A DNA stretch of 64,000 nt from Zootoca vivipara (taxonomy: Eukaryota): assembly GCF_963506605.1 (NCBI RefSeq), contig NC_083288.1, positions 48,980,001 through 49,044,000 on the forward strand, written 5' to 3'. The position numbers and the translations under genes are program-made. A model generated the notes under the pieces. It was not told the origin of the DNA. It saw only the letters and a list, made by a program, of their open reading frames with translations, and did no database searches. Every line of letters starts with the position of its first letter. Positions within the stretch are counted from its first letter, which is position 1. Shown here piece after piece: positions 53,215 through 64,000 of this stretch.

Positions 53215-53816
53215 TAGTGTATGTTTGTGAAACATGGACCACTTATAAACACCATCTGCAACTCCTCGAAAGATTCCATCAACGGTGTCTCCGAAATATT
53301 TTGCACATCACTTGGGAAGACAGGCGAACTAATATCAGTGTACTGGAAGAAGCAAAGATCACCAGTGTTGAAAGCAATGATTCTTCAACATCAACTTTGT
53401 TGGACTGGTCATGTTGTGCGGATGCCTGATTATCGTCTTCCAAAGCAACTACTCCATTCCGAACTTAAAAATGGAAAGCGTAATGCTGGTGGTCAACAAA
53501 AGAGGTTTGAAGACTGTCTCAAGGCAAATCTTAAAAAATATAGTATAAACACCGACAATTGGGAAACACTTGCCTGTGAGCGCTCCAATGGGAGAACAGC
53601 CTTTACGAAAGGTGTCATGGACTTTGAAGACGCTTGAACTCAGGACGCAAGGGAGAGGAAGGCACGCTTGGCAAACCCTCACCATGATCAACTCCCATTG
53701 GGAAACCTATGTCCCCACTGTGGAAGGAAGTGTGGATCCAAAACTGGCCTCCACAGTCACTTATGGACAGTCACTATGGAAGACTTACTAGGCTATGAGG
53801 GATTGCCAAAGAAGAA
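53215..53816 (+). mobile_element. RTE-clade LINE 3' fragment (non-BovB)
   Basis: CETWTTY..LERFHQRCLRNILHITWEDRRTN..WTGHVVRMPDYRLPKQLL..RNAGGQQKRF; (GAA)n tail. Confidence 0.88.
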
Positions 53817-53831
53817 GTGCCCCCTAGTGGC
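53817..53831 (-). promoter_or_regulatory. Consensus CTCF site between the TINF2 promoter and the TGM1 3' end
   Basis: GCCACTAGGGGGCAC on - strand matches the CTCF core CCAC/GYAGRKGGCRS. Confidence 0.55.
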
Positions 53832-55228
53832 TGTCATAATCACAGTGTGACGACAGACCAGTACAAATACTATATAGGAGAGAGAGGATGTGCAAGGAAA
53901 AGCCAATGTGGCTTTGAGGGGAGGTCAGCCAGGACAATACCACAAAATGCAACAGCTGCTAATGTGGGTTTGTGACATGTTGAGTGCTCCAAGTAAAGAA
54001 GAAACCCACACAACCATTTAAAAAGCCAGGTTTAGAGTTAAAAATCATTTATTTTCAAATAAATACCTATATGAAGTGTGAAAAATAATAGTAACAGGCT
54101 TTGGCTTCACTCGTTTGCATGTAGTTTAAATGTAGCGCAGTCTATCATATCTTCACATAATCACAGAGCTGGCTGGTTACAAACATGTTATTTTGGCTCT
54201 TTTTAAAAGAGCGCACAGCTTGGCTTCAGTGCAAAGTTAAGGAAGATTGTGGAAATTTGGTGTGTGCATACATTTAAATAAGTGAACGGAGGCAAGGCAG
54301 CCAATGGCCAATCGATGCATTTTGCGGTGGGTTAGTAGTGTTCCTCAAGCAGTTTCCCTTCTCTTCCTTGTTGGTACTATTTTAGGAGGGCAGGGAGAAA
54401 AATCCCCCCCCCACACCACAACCGGTGTATGATAACCTCCTTGCATGGGGACCAAGGAGAGAGATAAGAAAGTGGCAAGATTCATCTAATGTAAATGTGG
54501 CATTAAATCTCCAGGGGATATGGTTGGGGATCAAGCCGGATTCACTTAGGAGGACTTAAAAAAACAACCTGTGTATCTTCTCCCTTCGGAAGCTCATTGC
54601 TTGCCTTTTTTGGGGGAGCAAGTGTTGTTCCTGTGCGAGAGAGTGAGGTTAAGTGTATTATTCAAAAACAAAAAAGTGTGCGAAGGAGCAAAAGAGAACA
54701 ACCAGTACAAAAATATTTCGGGGGATCCCAGCGATCAAGAGAGAGGGAGTGGATTTGTAGGGTGCTGGCAACGCTTGGCCCTTGGGCTTGGGAGAGAGTG
54801 AAATTGACAGTGCAGGTATGTGAGGGGATGGCAAACATTCAGGTGGAAGAAGATGGACGGACAGGCAGAGAGGGGCAGGTCGGCATGGGCTCAGAGTCGC
54901 GAGTTTTGTAGGAAGCGGGTACGGAGAGCAAGGAAAAGGGGCAGGAACAACAGAACAAATTGTGCGAGGGGACGGGGAAAGCGGAGATATAACTGGGCAA
55001 TGGCAAATAATGGGCAGGGCCGGCAGGGTGGGCTCTATATGGGTGATGGACGGCTGAGAGACAACCAAATATTGAGGCCTCGGCACGTCCACATCCTGCA
55101 GAACTCCTGTGGTTCTGTGGCTCATGCATAGCACGCCCCCCTCCCCATGTTGCTCCCGGTTCTGCTGGCACCGTATGCAATTCATCACACAGTACATGAC
55201 ATTAAAAAAAAAGCTAAAAAGGTCTGTC

Positions 55229-56511
55229 TCAGACCGGCCGCCCCGCCCGCACGGCAGGTGACCCACGGGCATTGGGGGAGCCTCGAGGGTCTGGCTGGCG
55301 GGCCGGAGACCCGCGGGCATTGGCTGGGCTGTTGCGGCCTGTCGGCTGGCGAGCTGGAGATGCTCTGGTGAGGGCAGGAGAAGGTGCAGGCGAGGCTCGG
55401 GCAGGGGCCGGAGAAGCCCGTCCGTGGGCCGGGGAAGCTCGTCCGCGGGCCGGAGACCCCCGAACAGGGGCTGGAGAAGCCGACGAGGGGCCTCTTGGGG
55501 GACCCTGGGTCACCTCGATCGTCAGCACCCCGTGGACCTGGGAGAGCTGAGGGCTGTCCAGGCTGGCAACCAGCTGGCGTTGGCCTGCACGGAGAGGTGT
55601 GAACGTCTGTCGTAGCGTCACTGTTTGGTGTGGGCCGATATTTCTGGGAAAAGGGGAAAAAGAGAGAGTCAGGTTCCCCAGCTTGTGTTTTCAGAAAGGC
55701 CAGAGTTTGTAAGTAACATGGTAAAGGTAAAGGACCCCTGGACGGTTAAGTCCAGTCAAAGGTGACTATGGGGTTGTGGCACTCCTCTCGCTTCAGGCCG
55801 AGGGAGCCGGCGTTTGCCCACAGGCAGCTTTCTGGGTCATGTGACCAGCAGGACTAAACCGCTTCTGGTGGAACGGGACACCGTGACGGAAACCAGAGCG
55901 CACGGAAACGCTGTTTACCTTCCCGCCCCAGTGGTACCTATTTATCTACTTGGGCTGGCATGCTTTTGAACTGCTAGGTTGGCAGGAGCTGGGACAGAGC
56001 AACGGGAGCTTCACCCCGTTGGGGGGATTCAAACCGCCGACCTTCTGATCAGCAAGCCCAAGAGGCTCAGTGGTTTAGAGCACAGCGCCACCCATGTCCT
56101 GGTCCGGAGGCCAGGGCTTGAGGAGTCCAACCCTCCAATTCTGGGTATGCGAGAATCTAATTGCAGGTTCTTACTAGAAACATTCTGCCTTACTTTAGTC
56201 AACTCTTCACAAATTTGGTTTAAGGTTCTACTGCAAAGCCTCTGTCATAAGCAACTCCCAAATTAAGGACAAAATGAAAACTAGGGAGCCGTCTGGCAAC
56301 CGAGCCGGATGGGCAGGGTATAAATATTACCAGTGCTTCCCCCCCCCCAAAAAATATTTAGGGGTTCTCTCATTTTCCTACTCATATTGAAATACTGCCC
56401 ATCAATGAGGCTGAATTTAGATTAACAAAATTTTAAGGGGTATGCGTACCCCTGCATCCCCCCCCCAGAAAAAAGCACTGAATATTTCAATAATAATATC
56501 ATTTTAATATA

Positions 56512-56556
<45 letters not shown>

Positions 56557-59500
56557 CTGTAGATTGAATCAAATTTGGGGAGTTTTTCATTTGCCCTTTT
56601 CCTCCTTTCAGCTCTGATTTGTTGAGTGTTTAAAATTGCATCTGTATTACGCGATGTGAATTTTGCTGAACGCTTTCGTACAGCGCCTGGTAATCTTCCG
56701 ATGAAGGGAAGATGGCTATTGTTTCAGATGCATAACACACTTAAATGGCAGCCCCCTCCCAAAGAATCCTGGGGAAAGGTAGGGTTTACTCACCCCACTG
56801 TCATCGTATTTGGGGTGGAGAGCCCCGACCCCTCCATATGGAAGATGGCCCCAGTCAGCGTCACCGGAAGCGGGTTCTTGAAGACAATCTGGACTTGGGT
56901 TTCTTGTCCAACGATAGCTGGGCCCAGCAACTGTTGTCGGGGGGAGAGAGAGGAGAGAAGAGAGAAAGTATTGTCAAGGGTGAGCATATAGAGGGTTTGC
57001 TAGGTGGTAGAAGCAATTGGGCAGGGAAGCCCAGAGGTTGCAAAAAAAAAACCACACCCTTGTGAGCAAAGACATTGTCACGAGGATTACTCCAAGGGGG
57101 AACTGTGGGATGTGATAGATAAGAAGCAGTCAAATACAACATTCCTTGTTTTCCTAGAGTGGACATGCAAGGGGGATGTTTGGTCCAGCCAGCCCAAACT
57201 TCCTGTTTCCCTCCCCACTAGAGGTGGGATGTGACCTTACCTGTGCAGGTTACAAAAGCACAAGGCAACCAGCACTCTCTCTTTTTTTTACTTCCTCCGT
57301 CGTTGGAGCAGTTTTTTAGTTAGAAATGCTCTTGTTGGCTTTCAGCCACACACAGTTTAGGAAAGGGGGTGTCCTCCCCACTTCATGAACACCTGGCTTT
57401 CTAGGCATATGCCATGGGTGTGGGACCTCAACCCTAAGCGCCAAATGTGCCTCCCCATGCTTCTTTATCTGACTCTCAAAACCCTCCTTCGGACGACACT
57501 CCTGCTTGCTAGTCCTGCTACACACCTCAAATCTGTCCTCAAACCCCTTGAATTCCCTTTGGCTTGTCTACACTGAGGATGCACACAAAGACAATGTTTA
57601 CATCCATTGCTCCACCCTCTTTGGTCTCTGGCCCCACCCACCATGGCACCTGGCCCTCCAAAGGCTGCCCAGAAGGGTATGCGGCCCTCAAGCCCCACCC
57701 CCCACCCCAAAGAGTTCCCTCCCTCGCCCCTGACTCCAGACCACAGCCCCTGTGCCATACCGTCAGAGTGAGGTCCGGTGTTCGCAAGCGGAAGGTGTGC
57801 TCCTTCGCGATCACCTGGCCGGTTTCGGCCACTTTCCCTGAGATGCTCAGCTTCATGGCTCCCTGGTCAACCAGGTGGGGCTTGTACTCGGCATAGGAGA
57901 CCACCATGGGAACAGCCTGGCCTGGAAGGGAAAGGCAGGGGAAGGGTTACGCAAACTGGGACCGAAAATCACAGCAAGCTCTACGGCACAACCTGTGGCT
58001 CTACACAGCTCAGGACCGGGTTCCCCGAGAGACAGACCACTTTATTATCTACTAGTCTCATTCAGCCCGTTAAGAAAACGGGCGCTAGAGGTGCGACGGG
58101 GCCGCGGCCTTCCCTCCCTTTCTGCGCTCGGCCGCGGGGCGCACCAGGAACGCAATTAAACAAAGCGCTCTCCCGTCGTGTCCCGCGGCCGAGCGCAGAG
58201 AGGGAGGGAAGGCCGCGGCCCCGCCGCTCCTCCCACGGGCCAGGTAGGGTTGTCAGGAGGCGGAGGCGGCGGACCAATGCCGCCATCTTGGTCCGCCGCT
58301 GCAGGGGGACGGGAGGCAGAGGGTTGAGGGGGTCCCGCCTCTTTGTCCAGTCCCTGTGTCCGTGGGGCACATGTGCATTAGCACGGACACAGGGACACAG
58401 GGACTGGACGCAGAGACACAGGGACTTTATTATATAGGATTTACTTTATCCCTTAAACACTCAGTCGATTGCCACAGTCTTCAGCAAGTTCCAAAGCCTG
58501 GAGGCTGTTGGGGGATGGATGGCAGCTAACAGATTGAGGTTGAATCAATTCCTCAAGAGATTGAGGATTTCCTCCCTGCCCCCCCCCCGACTCCACCTGG
58601 GGAGCAGTGTGTCCCACCTCTACCTGTTTTGCCACGTCCAGCGGCTATTGCCCCGTCATGGGGACACCCCTCACAATGGGGTTGTTTGATGTGATGCAGA
58701 GGGGCCCATGCAGATACAAACAGATGGCCCTGTGATTTAAGGCGACCGAGAGCCAGTGTGGCGTAGCAGTTAGTGTTTTGGACCAGGACCTGGGAGAGAG
58801 CCGGGTTCGAATCCCCATTCAGCCATGAAGCTCAGGACCACAATACCTCAAGGACCGCCTCTTTCCATATGAACGAACCTACCTGTACCCTGAGATCATC
58901 TTCTGAGGCCCTCCTTCGTGTGCCTCCTTCTCGAGAGGTCCGGAAGGTGGCAACGCGAGAACAGGGCCTTTTCTGCAGTGGCTCCCCATCTGCGGAATGC
59001 TCTCCCCGGGGAAGTTCCCCTGGCGCCTTCATTATACACCTTTGGGCGCCAGGCAAAAACGGTCACTTTTGATCAGGCCTTTGGTTGAGCTGGTGGACAC
59101 TGACCTATACCTTTTTAAAACGTGGCTCTTTTTGAGGGGGAGTTGTTGGGTTATTGTTCTTATTTTGATTTTATATATTGCGATCTTTTCTGTGAACCAC
59201 CATGAGACCTCCGGATATAAGAGCGGCATATAAATTCAATAAATAAAAATAATAAAGTTCCCTAGCCTACCTCGCAGGCCTGTCGCGAGGGGGAAAGAGA
59301 GGAGAAGTTGGCCCACCACCCTAAGAAAAAGGTGGTATACGAATGTGGGGGGGAGGGAAACCACAAATCAATAAAGTGTCGTACTTCCGCTGGCCGGCAC
59401 CTGGACCTCCCTCTTCTCCTGCTTGAAGTTGCTGCCCGTTACGCCGGTGTAATACATGACGGCCACGAAGAGGTTGAGGGAGACGCTGCGGGGCATGGAG

Positions 59501-60704
59501 CTGCGATTCTTCAGGATGACCCTCAAGGAGATGTCTTGGCCCGTGTAGGCCTCTTGGGTGTCCACCGTCACGGAGATGTCGTCGCCCCACTCCTTGTTGG
59601 TGTAGATGTGGGCCTTGGTGCCGTGCTTGGCGGCCGTTTCGACCGCTTTGCGCTCCGCTTCGGAGCCTGAGAGAGAAAAAGAGGGAGAAGGATGGAGAGA
59701 GATGCTCAGGTGTTGCTACTGCAGCCAAGGAGGCAGGTGAAGACCTCGGGTGAAGACGGATTCATTCCGACAGGCCTTCGGAAACTGCCCAGAATGGTGC
59801 TTTTTCTTTATTGTAATTAAATTTTCGGTTTTACATTTTCGAATATTCATTCAAGCAACCTCAAAATACCAATGGCTTCCCTTCTTCTCTTTCCATGGTT
59901 CATTTTGCAAAACATAAATCCCTGCATATTTTATAGCAAAAAATGTTCCTTTTTAACCAGGCCTTTGGTTAATCCAATTTACATCCTATGCCCTTTTAAA
60001 ATGTGGTTGTTTTTTTTGGGGGGGGGGCTATTGGGTTATTGTTTTTATTTTTATTAGGTATTTTGTGGTTTTATATCTTGATTTTAATCTGTTAACCGCC
60101 TTGAGACCCCTGCGTATAGGGCAGTATATAAATTCAATAAATAATATCAATAACAACAATAATAATATAAACTAAACCATTCAGTATTCCATTATTACAT
60201 CCATCAAAACTTATCTACACTGTTGAATTTATCTTAATGCTGCCCACGTTTTCAAATAAACACAATTTCCCTCCATATATTCATGAAACATTTTCCAGTC
60301 TTCTTCAAGCTTACATTCTCCTTATTCTCTTATTCTATATGTTAGGTCCGCAAGCTGCACATAGAATGGTGCTTTTTAAACCCCCCCCCCCATATAAAAA
60401 AATCTCCCCTCACAAGAGCACAAAATGGTGGGAGCTTCTGGTTTAACTAATATCACGAGGGCTCACCAACCACAAACCCTTTAAGGACATTTCCTAGGTG
60501 CTAAACCCCAAGGCTTTCCAAAATCCAGACTGCTATTGAAATTCCAGCGGAGCTGAACCAAAGCGATTTCAGAGCATTGCAATAAGAATGGAATGGGGGG
60601 GATTTTTTTTTAAAAAAATGTTGTATCATGTTTTGATACAGCCTGGAAGCCGCCCAGAGTGGCTGGGGCAACCCAGTCAGATTGGCAAGGTACAAATACT
60701 AAAA

Positions 60705-60749
<45 letters not shown>

Positions 60750-63700
60750 GAATAGGACGTCCCTATTTTCATCAGTGAAATGTTGGAGAGTTCCCTCACT
60801 GTGAGAAGCGAGGTTGCAGGGAACCAGGCAGAGGGCCTTCTTGGTGGTGGCGCCCGCCCTGTGGAACGCCCTCCCATCAGATGTCAAGGAAATAAACTTT
60901 TAGAAGACATCTGAAGGCAGCCCTGTTCAGGGAAGTTTTAAATGTTTGATGTTTCATCATGTTTTTAATATTCTGTTGGGAGCCGCCCAGAGTGGCCGGG
61001 GAAACCCAGAACCCAGGCAGATTCGTGGGGTATAAATAATAAATTGTTGTTGTTGTTTATTTGTGTGTGTCCTGCCTTGGGAACCCCAGCTGCCTGTCGC
61101 CTTGTCCACACAGCACATTACCTTCAGGATGTTTGTAAATGTCGGTGACATCGTGGCGCTGATTTGAGCCCACTGCCTTGGTACTGATTAAGTGACCGAT
61201 TGCCTTCTCCTCCACATAGACAATCTTGAAGCTGCCGTCAGACTGGCGCTGCCAATAAACCTTGTCACTGTTCACCTGCAGAGAGAGAGAAAGTGGGTCA
61301 GAGAAACCCATCAGCAGGCCTGCCGCAGTAAAAACCAACCCCTGTGTTTGCCCATGGTTCTGTTTGGGGGAGAGGGGCATCTCTCTGCCCTTTTGCATTT
61401 CACATAATGGTTGGGTTGGAAGGGACTACGAGGGCCATCTTGTCCAACCCCCTGCAATGCAGGAATCTTTTGCCCAACGTGGGGCTCGAACCCCTGACCC
61501 TGAGGGTCACAGCCTCATGCTCTACCAACTGAGCTAAACTTGTCCCAAAACTGAACCTTGCTTAATGAACTAGGGAGATGGCCTTCTCGGTAGTGGCACC
61601 CGTCCTGTGGAACACCCTCCCATCAGATGTCAAGGAAATAAGCAACTATCTGACTTTCAGAAGACATCTAAAAGCAGCCCTGTTTAGGGAAGTTTGAATG
61701 TTTGATATTTTATCGTGTTTTTAATATTCTGTTGGGAGCTGCCCAGTGGGCTGGAGAGGCCCGGCCAGATGGGGGGGGGGTATAAAAATTAAATTTATTA
61801 TTATTATTACTTCTGTGAGGGGGAAAGAGTACAGAGAGCCCCCCCCCATCTTGAGGAGCAGTTCCTCCACCAGCAGCGGAGCCAGCGGGGAGGGGGAAGA
61901 GTCCAGTGGGGAAGAAGGAAGTAGGAGACGAGGCTCTGGCAGGATAGCAGAGCCTCTGCTGCACGTGGGAGAGGAAGTGAGAGAGGGGGAAAAGGGGGAG
62001 AAGGAAAACATGGAAAGGAGACCTTTTTTCCCTCCGGTTCCGGAATTACGCAGGAGGAAACACGGGAGGAGATTTGGGGTACCCAGACTCTTATGTTGGA
62101 AGAAAACGCGGGAAGCACCATTCCAGGGTTCTGGGTCAGACTGAGAACATGTATCCTGTACAGCTCTAGCACTGTAAATAGCCTGCACTCAATAAAAGCA
62201 TGAAAAGGCAAAGGTCTGGAGAGTCGTTACTCTAGAGTAGTTGCAACGCACCCCCTGTGACAACTTCTTCTCTTTACCTACATGATCCCTGGAGAAGGTT
62301 TACCCAGAAGTCAAGTCACAACAAGTTCAACAGGCCGGCAGCCCACAGCAAACTGTTGCCAGCTCAAAATTGCTACCGTAAACTTTGAAGAGAGAGATAC
62401 CTGTATAAGGTATTCATTCCCGTTTCTGTGGCGAAGACCTTGTACAGTGGCCCCTCAACTTACGAATTACTCGACATCCGAAGTTTCCGGCTTGCGAACG
62501 GGACAAATGGTTGCACGCTTACGAATTTTTCTACACCCGAACGGAACACCGTTGGCGGTTTTAGATGTGGTTTCCTCAACTTACGGATTTTAAATGCGGT
62601 TTCCTCGACTTTCGAATTTTTCCGAATACTTTTTTTCCTATGGGAAACCGCTTTTCGACTTACGAACCTTTCGGCCTACGAGTGTGCATTCGGAACGGAT
62701 TAAGTCCGTAAGTCGAGGGACCACTGTATATCTATGTCTATCTACCCATCTAGAAAGATGGATACAGTGGTCCCTCGACTTACGAATTTAATCCGTTCCA
62801 AACGGACCTTCGTAAGTTGAAAAAATCGTAAGTAGAAGCCTATGGTGGGGGGGGGGATTCGTAAGTCGAAAAAATCCTACCTAAAAATTCTTAAGTCGAA
62901 AAAATCCTATCTAAACCGCATCCAAAATGGCGGACGGAGCTCCGTTCGTAACTCGAAACATTTGTTAGTCGAGTTATTCGTAAGTCGAGGTACCACTGTA
63001 TTTCAATTTCATTGGAAGTTCTAGCAGAAAACCAAGTTTAGTGATGACAAGGATTACAGTCATAACTCATGATACGTCCGCTTCATGTTGCTTCTTTTCA
63101 GGTTACGGACGCGCCGAACCCGGAAGTCCCGGAACGGGTTACTTCCGGGTTCAGCGCACCTGCAACCTGCACGCATGTGCAGAAGCGCTAAATTGTGCTT
63201 TGCGCACGCACAGAAGTGCCGCATTGCGTCACGCACGTGTGCAGATGCGGCACTTCATGTTGCGGCCTTTTCATGTTGTGAACGGGCCGCCAGAATGGAT
63301 CCCGTTTGCAACAAGAGGTACCACTGTATTATGATTGTGTCTCTGAGCAGTTTCCCTCAATCTGGCATTATCAGGATGTTGTTGAAACCTTTCATCACCT
63401 TCAGTCTTTGACTGTGACATTAGCTGGGGCTGATGGGAGCTGGAGTCCAGCAAAATCTGGAGGGCACAGGTTGGGGAAGGTTGCTCTAACCTTTTGTTTA
63501 TCCACAGCTGCAATTGAAATTTATTCCACCCCCCGTTGCAAATCAGGCGAGATTCAGCGGGAAACGCAACGTATTCTGGCTTCTCCAGTCTCACTATAAG
63601 TTGCAATTTCAGCTGAATTTGGGGAAACCACTCGACGCCTCTGTTGTGTGGAGCGATTGCCATTGGTGTTGTTGGTTTTGCTCCTTGCAAACAGTCTGCA

Positions 63701-63987
63701 AATTTTTCAGAATAAACCAGATTTGCAATGGGTGGTTGTGTAATCATTTCGATTGCAACTGTATGTGATGGAATCGACGTCTGCATTCCTGGGGAGCTCT
63801 CCCTGGTGCTGAAGGTTCCAAGCCTGAATCAGAGATATGGTGACAGAGCAGCCCTGCTTCTTTCAGTAGCGAATGTGAAACCATTCAGAAACAAGTACCT
63901 CAGCAAAGCAGAAGGACGCATCGTATTTCATGTAGACCAGCCCGTTCTTGATGGCCTCTACGGAGCAGGGACCGCAGCAGAAAATGC
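55229..63987 (-). CDS. TGM1: Keratinocyte transglutaminase 1, last six exons (5' part beyond window)
   Basis: Exons 63899-63987 ([23 protein letters not shown]), 61122-61275 ([11 protein letters not shown]), 59385-59666, 57761-57921, 56794-56930, 55229-55643 ([16 protein letters not shown] plus tail). GT-AG and in phase; AATAAA on - strand at 54048-54053. Confidence 0.95.
56331..56480. mobile_element. Small hAT-like MITE
   Basis: CAGTGCTT..AAGCACTG termini; near-8-bp TSD AATATTAC / AATATTTC. Confidence 0.6.
58052..58439 (-). mobile_element. Non-autonomous Helitron
   Basis: - strand A|TCCTATATAATAAAG...hairpin GCCCGTT-N5-AACGGGC (58065-58083)...CTAG|T. Confidence 0.85.
61814..62262 (+). mobile_element. 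Solo LTR (Gypsy-like), 449 bp, in TGM1 intron
   Basis: TG..CA ends; 5-bp TSD ACTTC at 61809-61813 / 62263-62267; AATAAA at 62191-62196. Confidence 0.88.
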
Positions 63988-64000
63988 CTGTTGAGGAAAG

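Noticed and set aside
62445-62998. Regularly repeated CGACTTACGAA / TTCGTAAGTCGA motifs resembling a CRISPR-like array (also 24954-25206, 24-310)
   Set aside because: Internal subterminal repeats of Tigger-type MITEs with TA TSDs; eukaryotic context, no constant repeat-spacer period.

Overview
Eukaryotic, intron-rich vertebrate DNA. The repeat content (Sauria SINE, BovB, CR1, L2, Rex1, Penelope, hAT and Tigger-type MITEs) points to a squamate reptile, probably a lizard. The window holds the gene block known from human 14q11-12 in the same order: TSSK4 (+, last two exons), CHMP4A (-, complete), MDP1 (-, complete), NEDD8 (-, complete), GMPR2 (+, complete), TINF2 (-, complete, middle exons tentative) and TGM1 (-, last six exons). 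I rebuilt exons by hand from GT-AG boundaries, reading phase and similarity to human proteins recalled from memory; no database search was run. Most supplied ORFs are spurious. Best observations: (1) an intact non-autonomous hAT element (TIRs, 8-bp TSD) carrying what appears to be the captured first exon of an unlinked gene, EPB41L4B, plus other GC-rich cargo in related elements; (2) two solo LTRs whose U3 encodes a ~110-aa Ser/acidic/Arg-rich peptide that differs mostly at synonymous sites; (3) a TGM1 C-terminal tail with 11 Ser-Pro repeats; (4) a TINF2 that keeps the TIN2L tail but shows no FxLxP motif; (5) phase-compatible NEDD8-MDP1 readthrough; (6) a non-autonomous Helitron, an ORF-less L1-type element with 18-bp TSD, and a Penelope hammerhead-like remnant. 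Assembly gaps are at 1988-2140 and 9372-9500.
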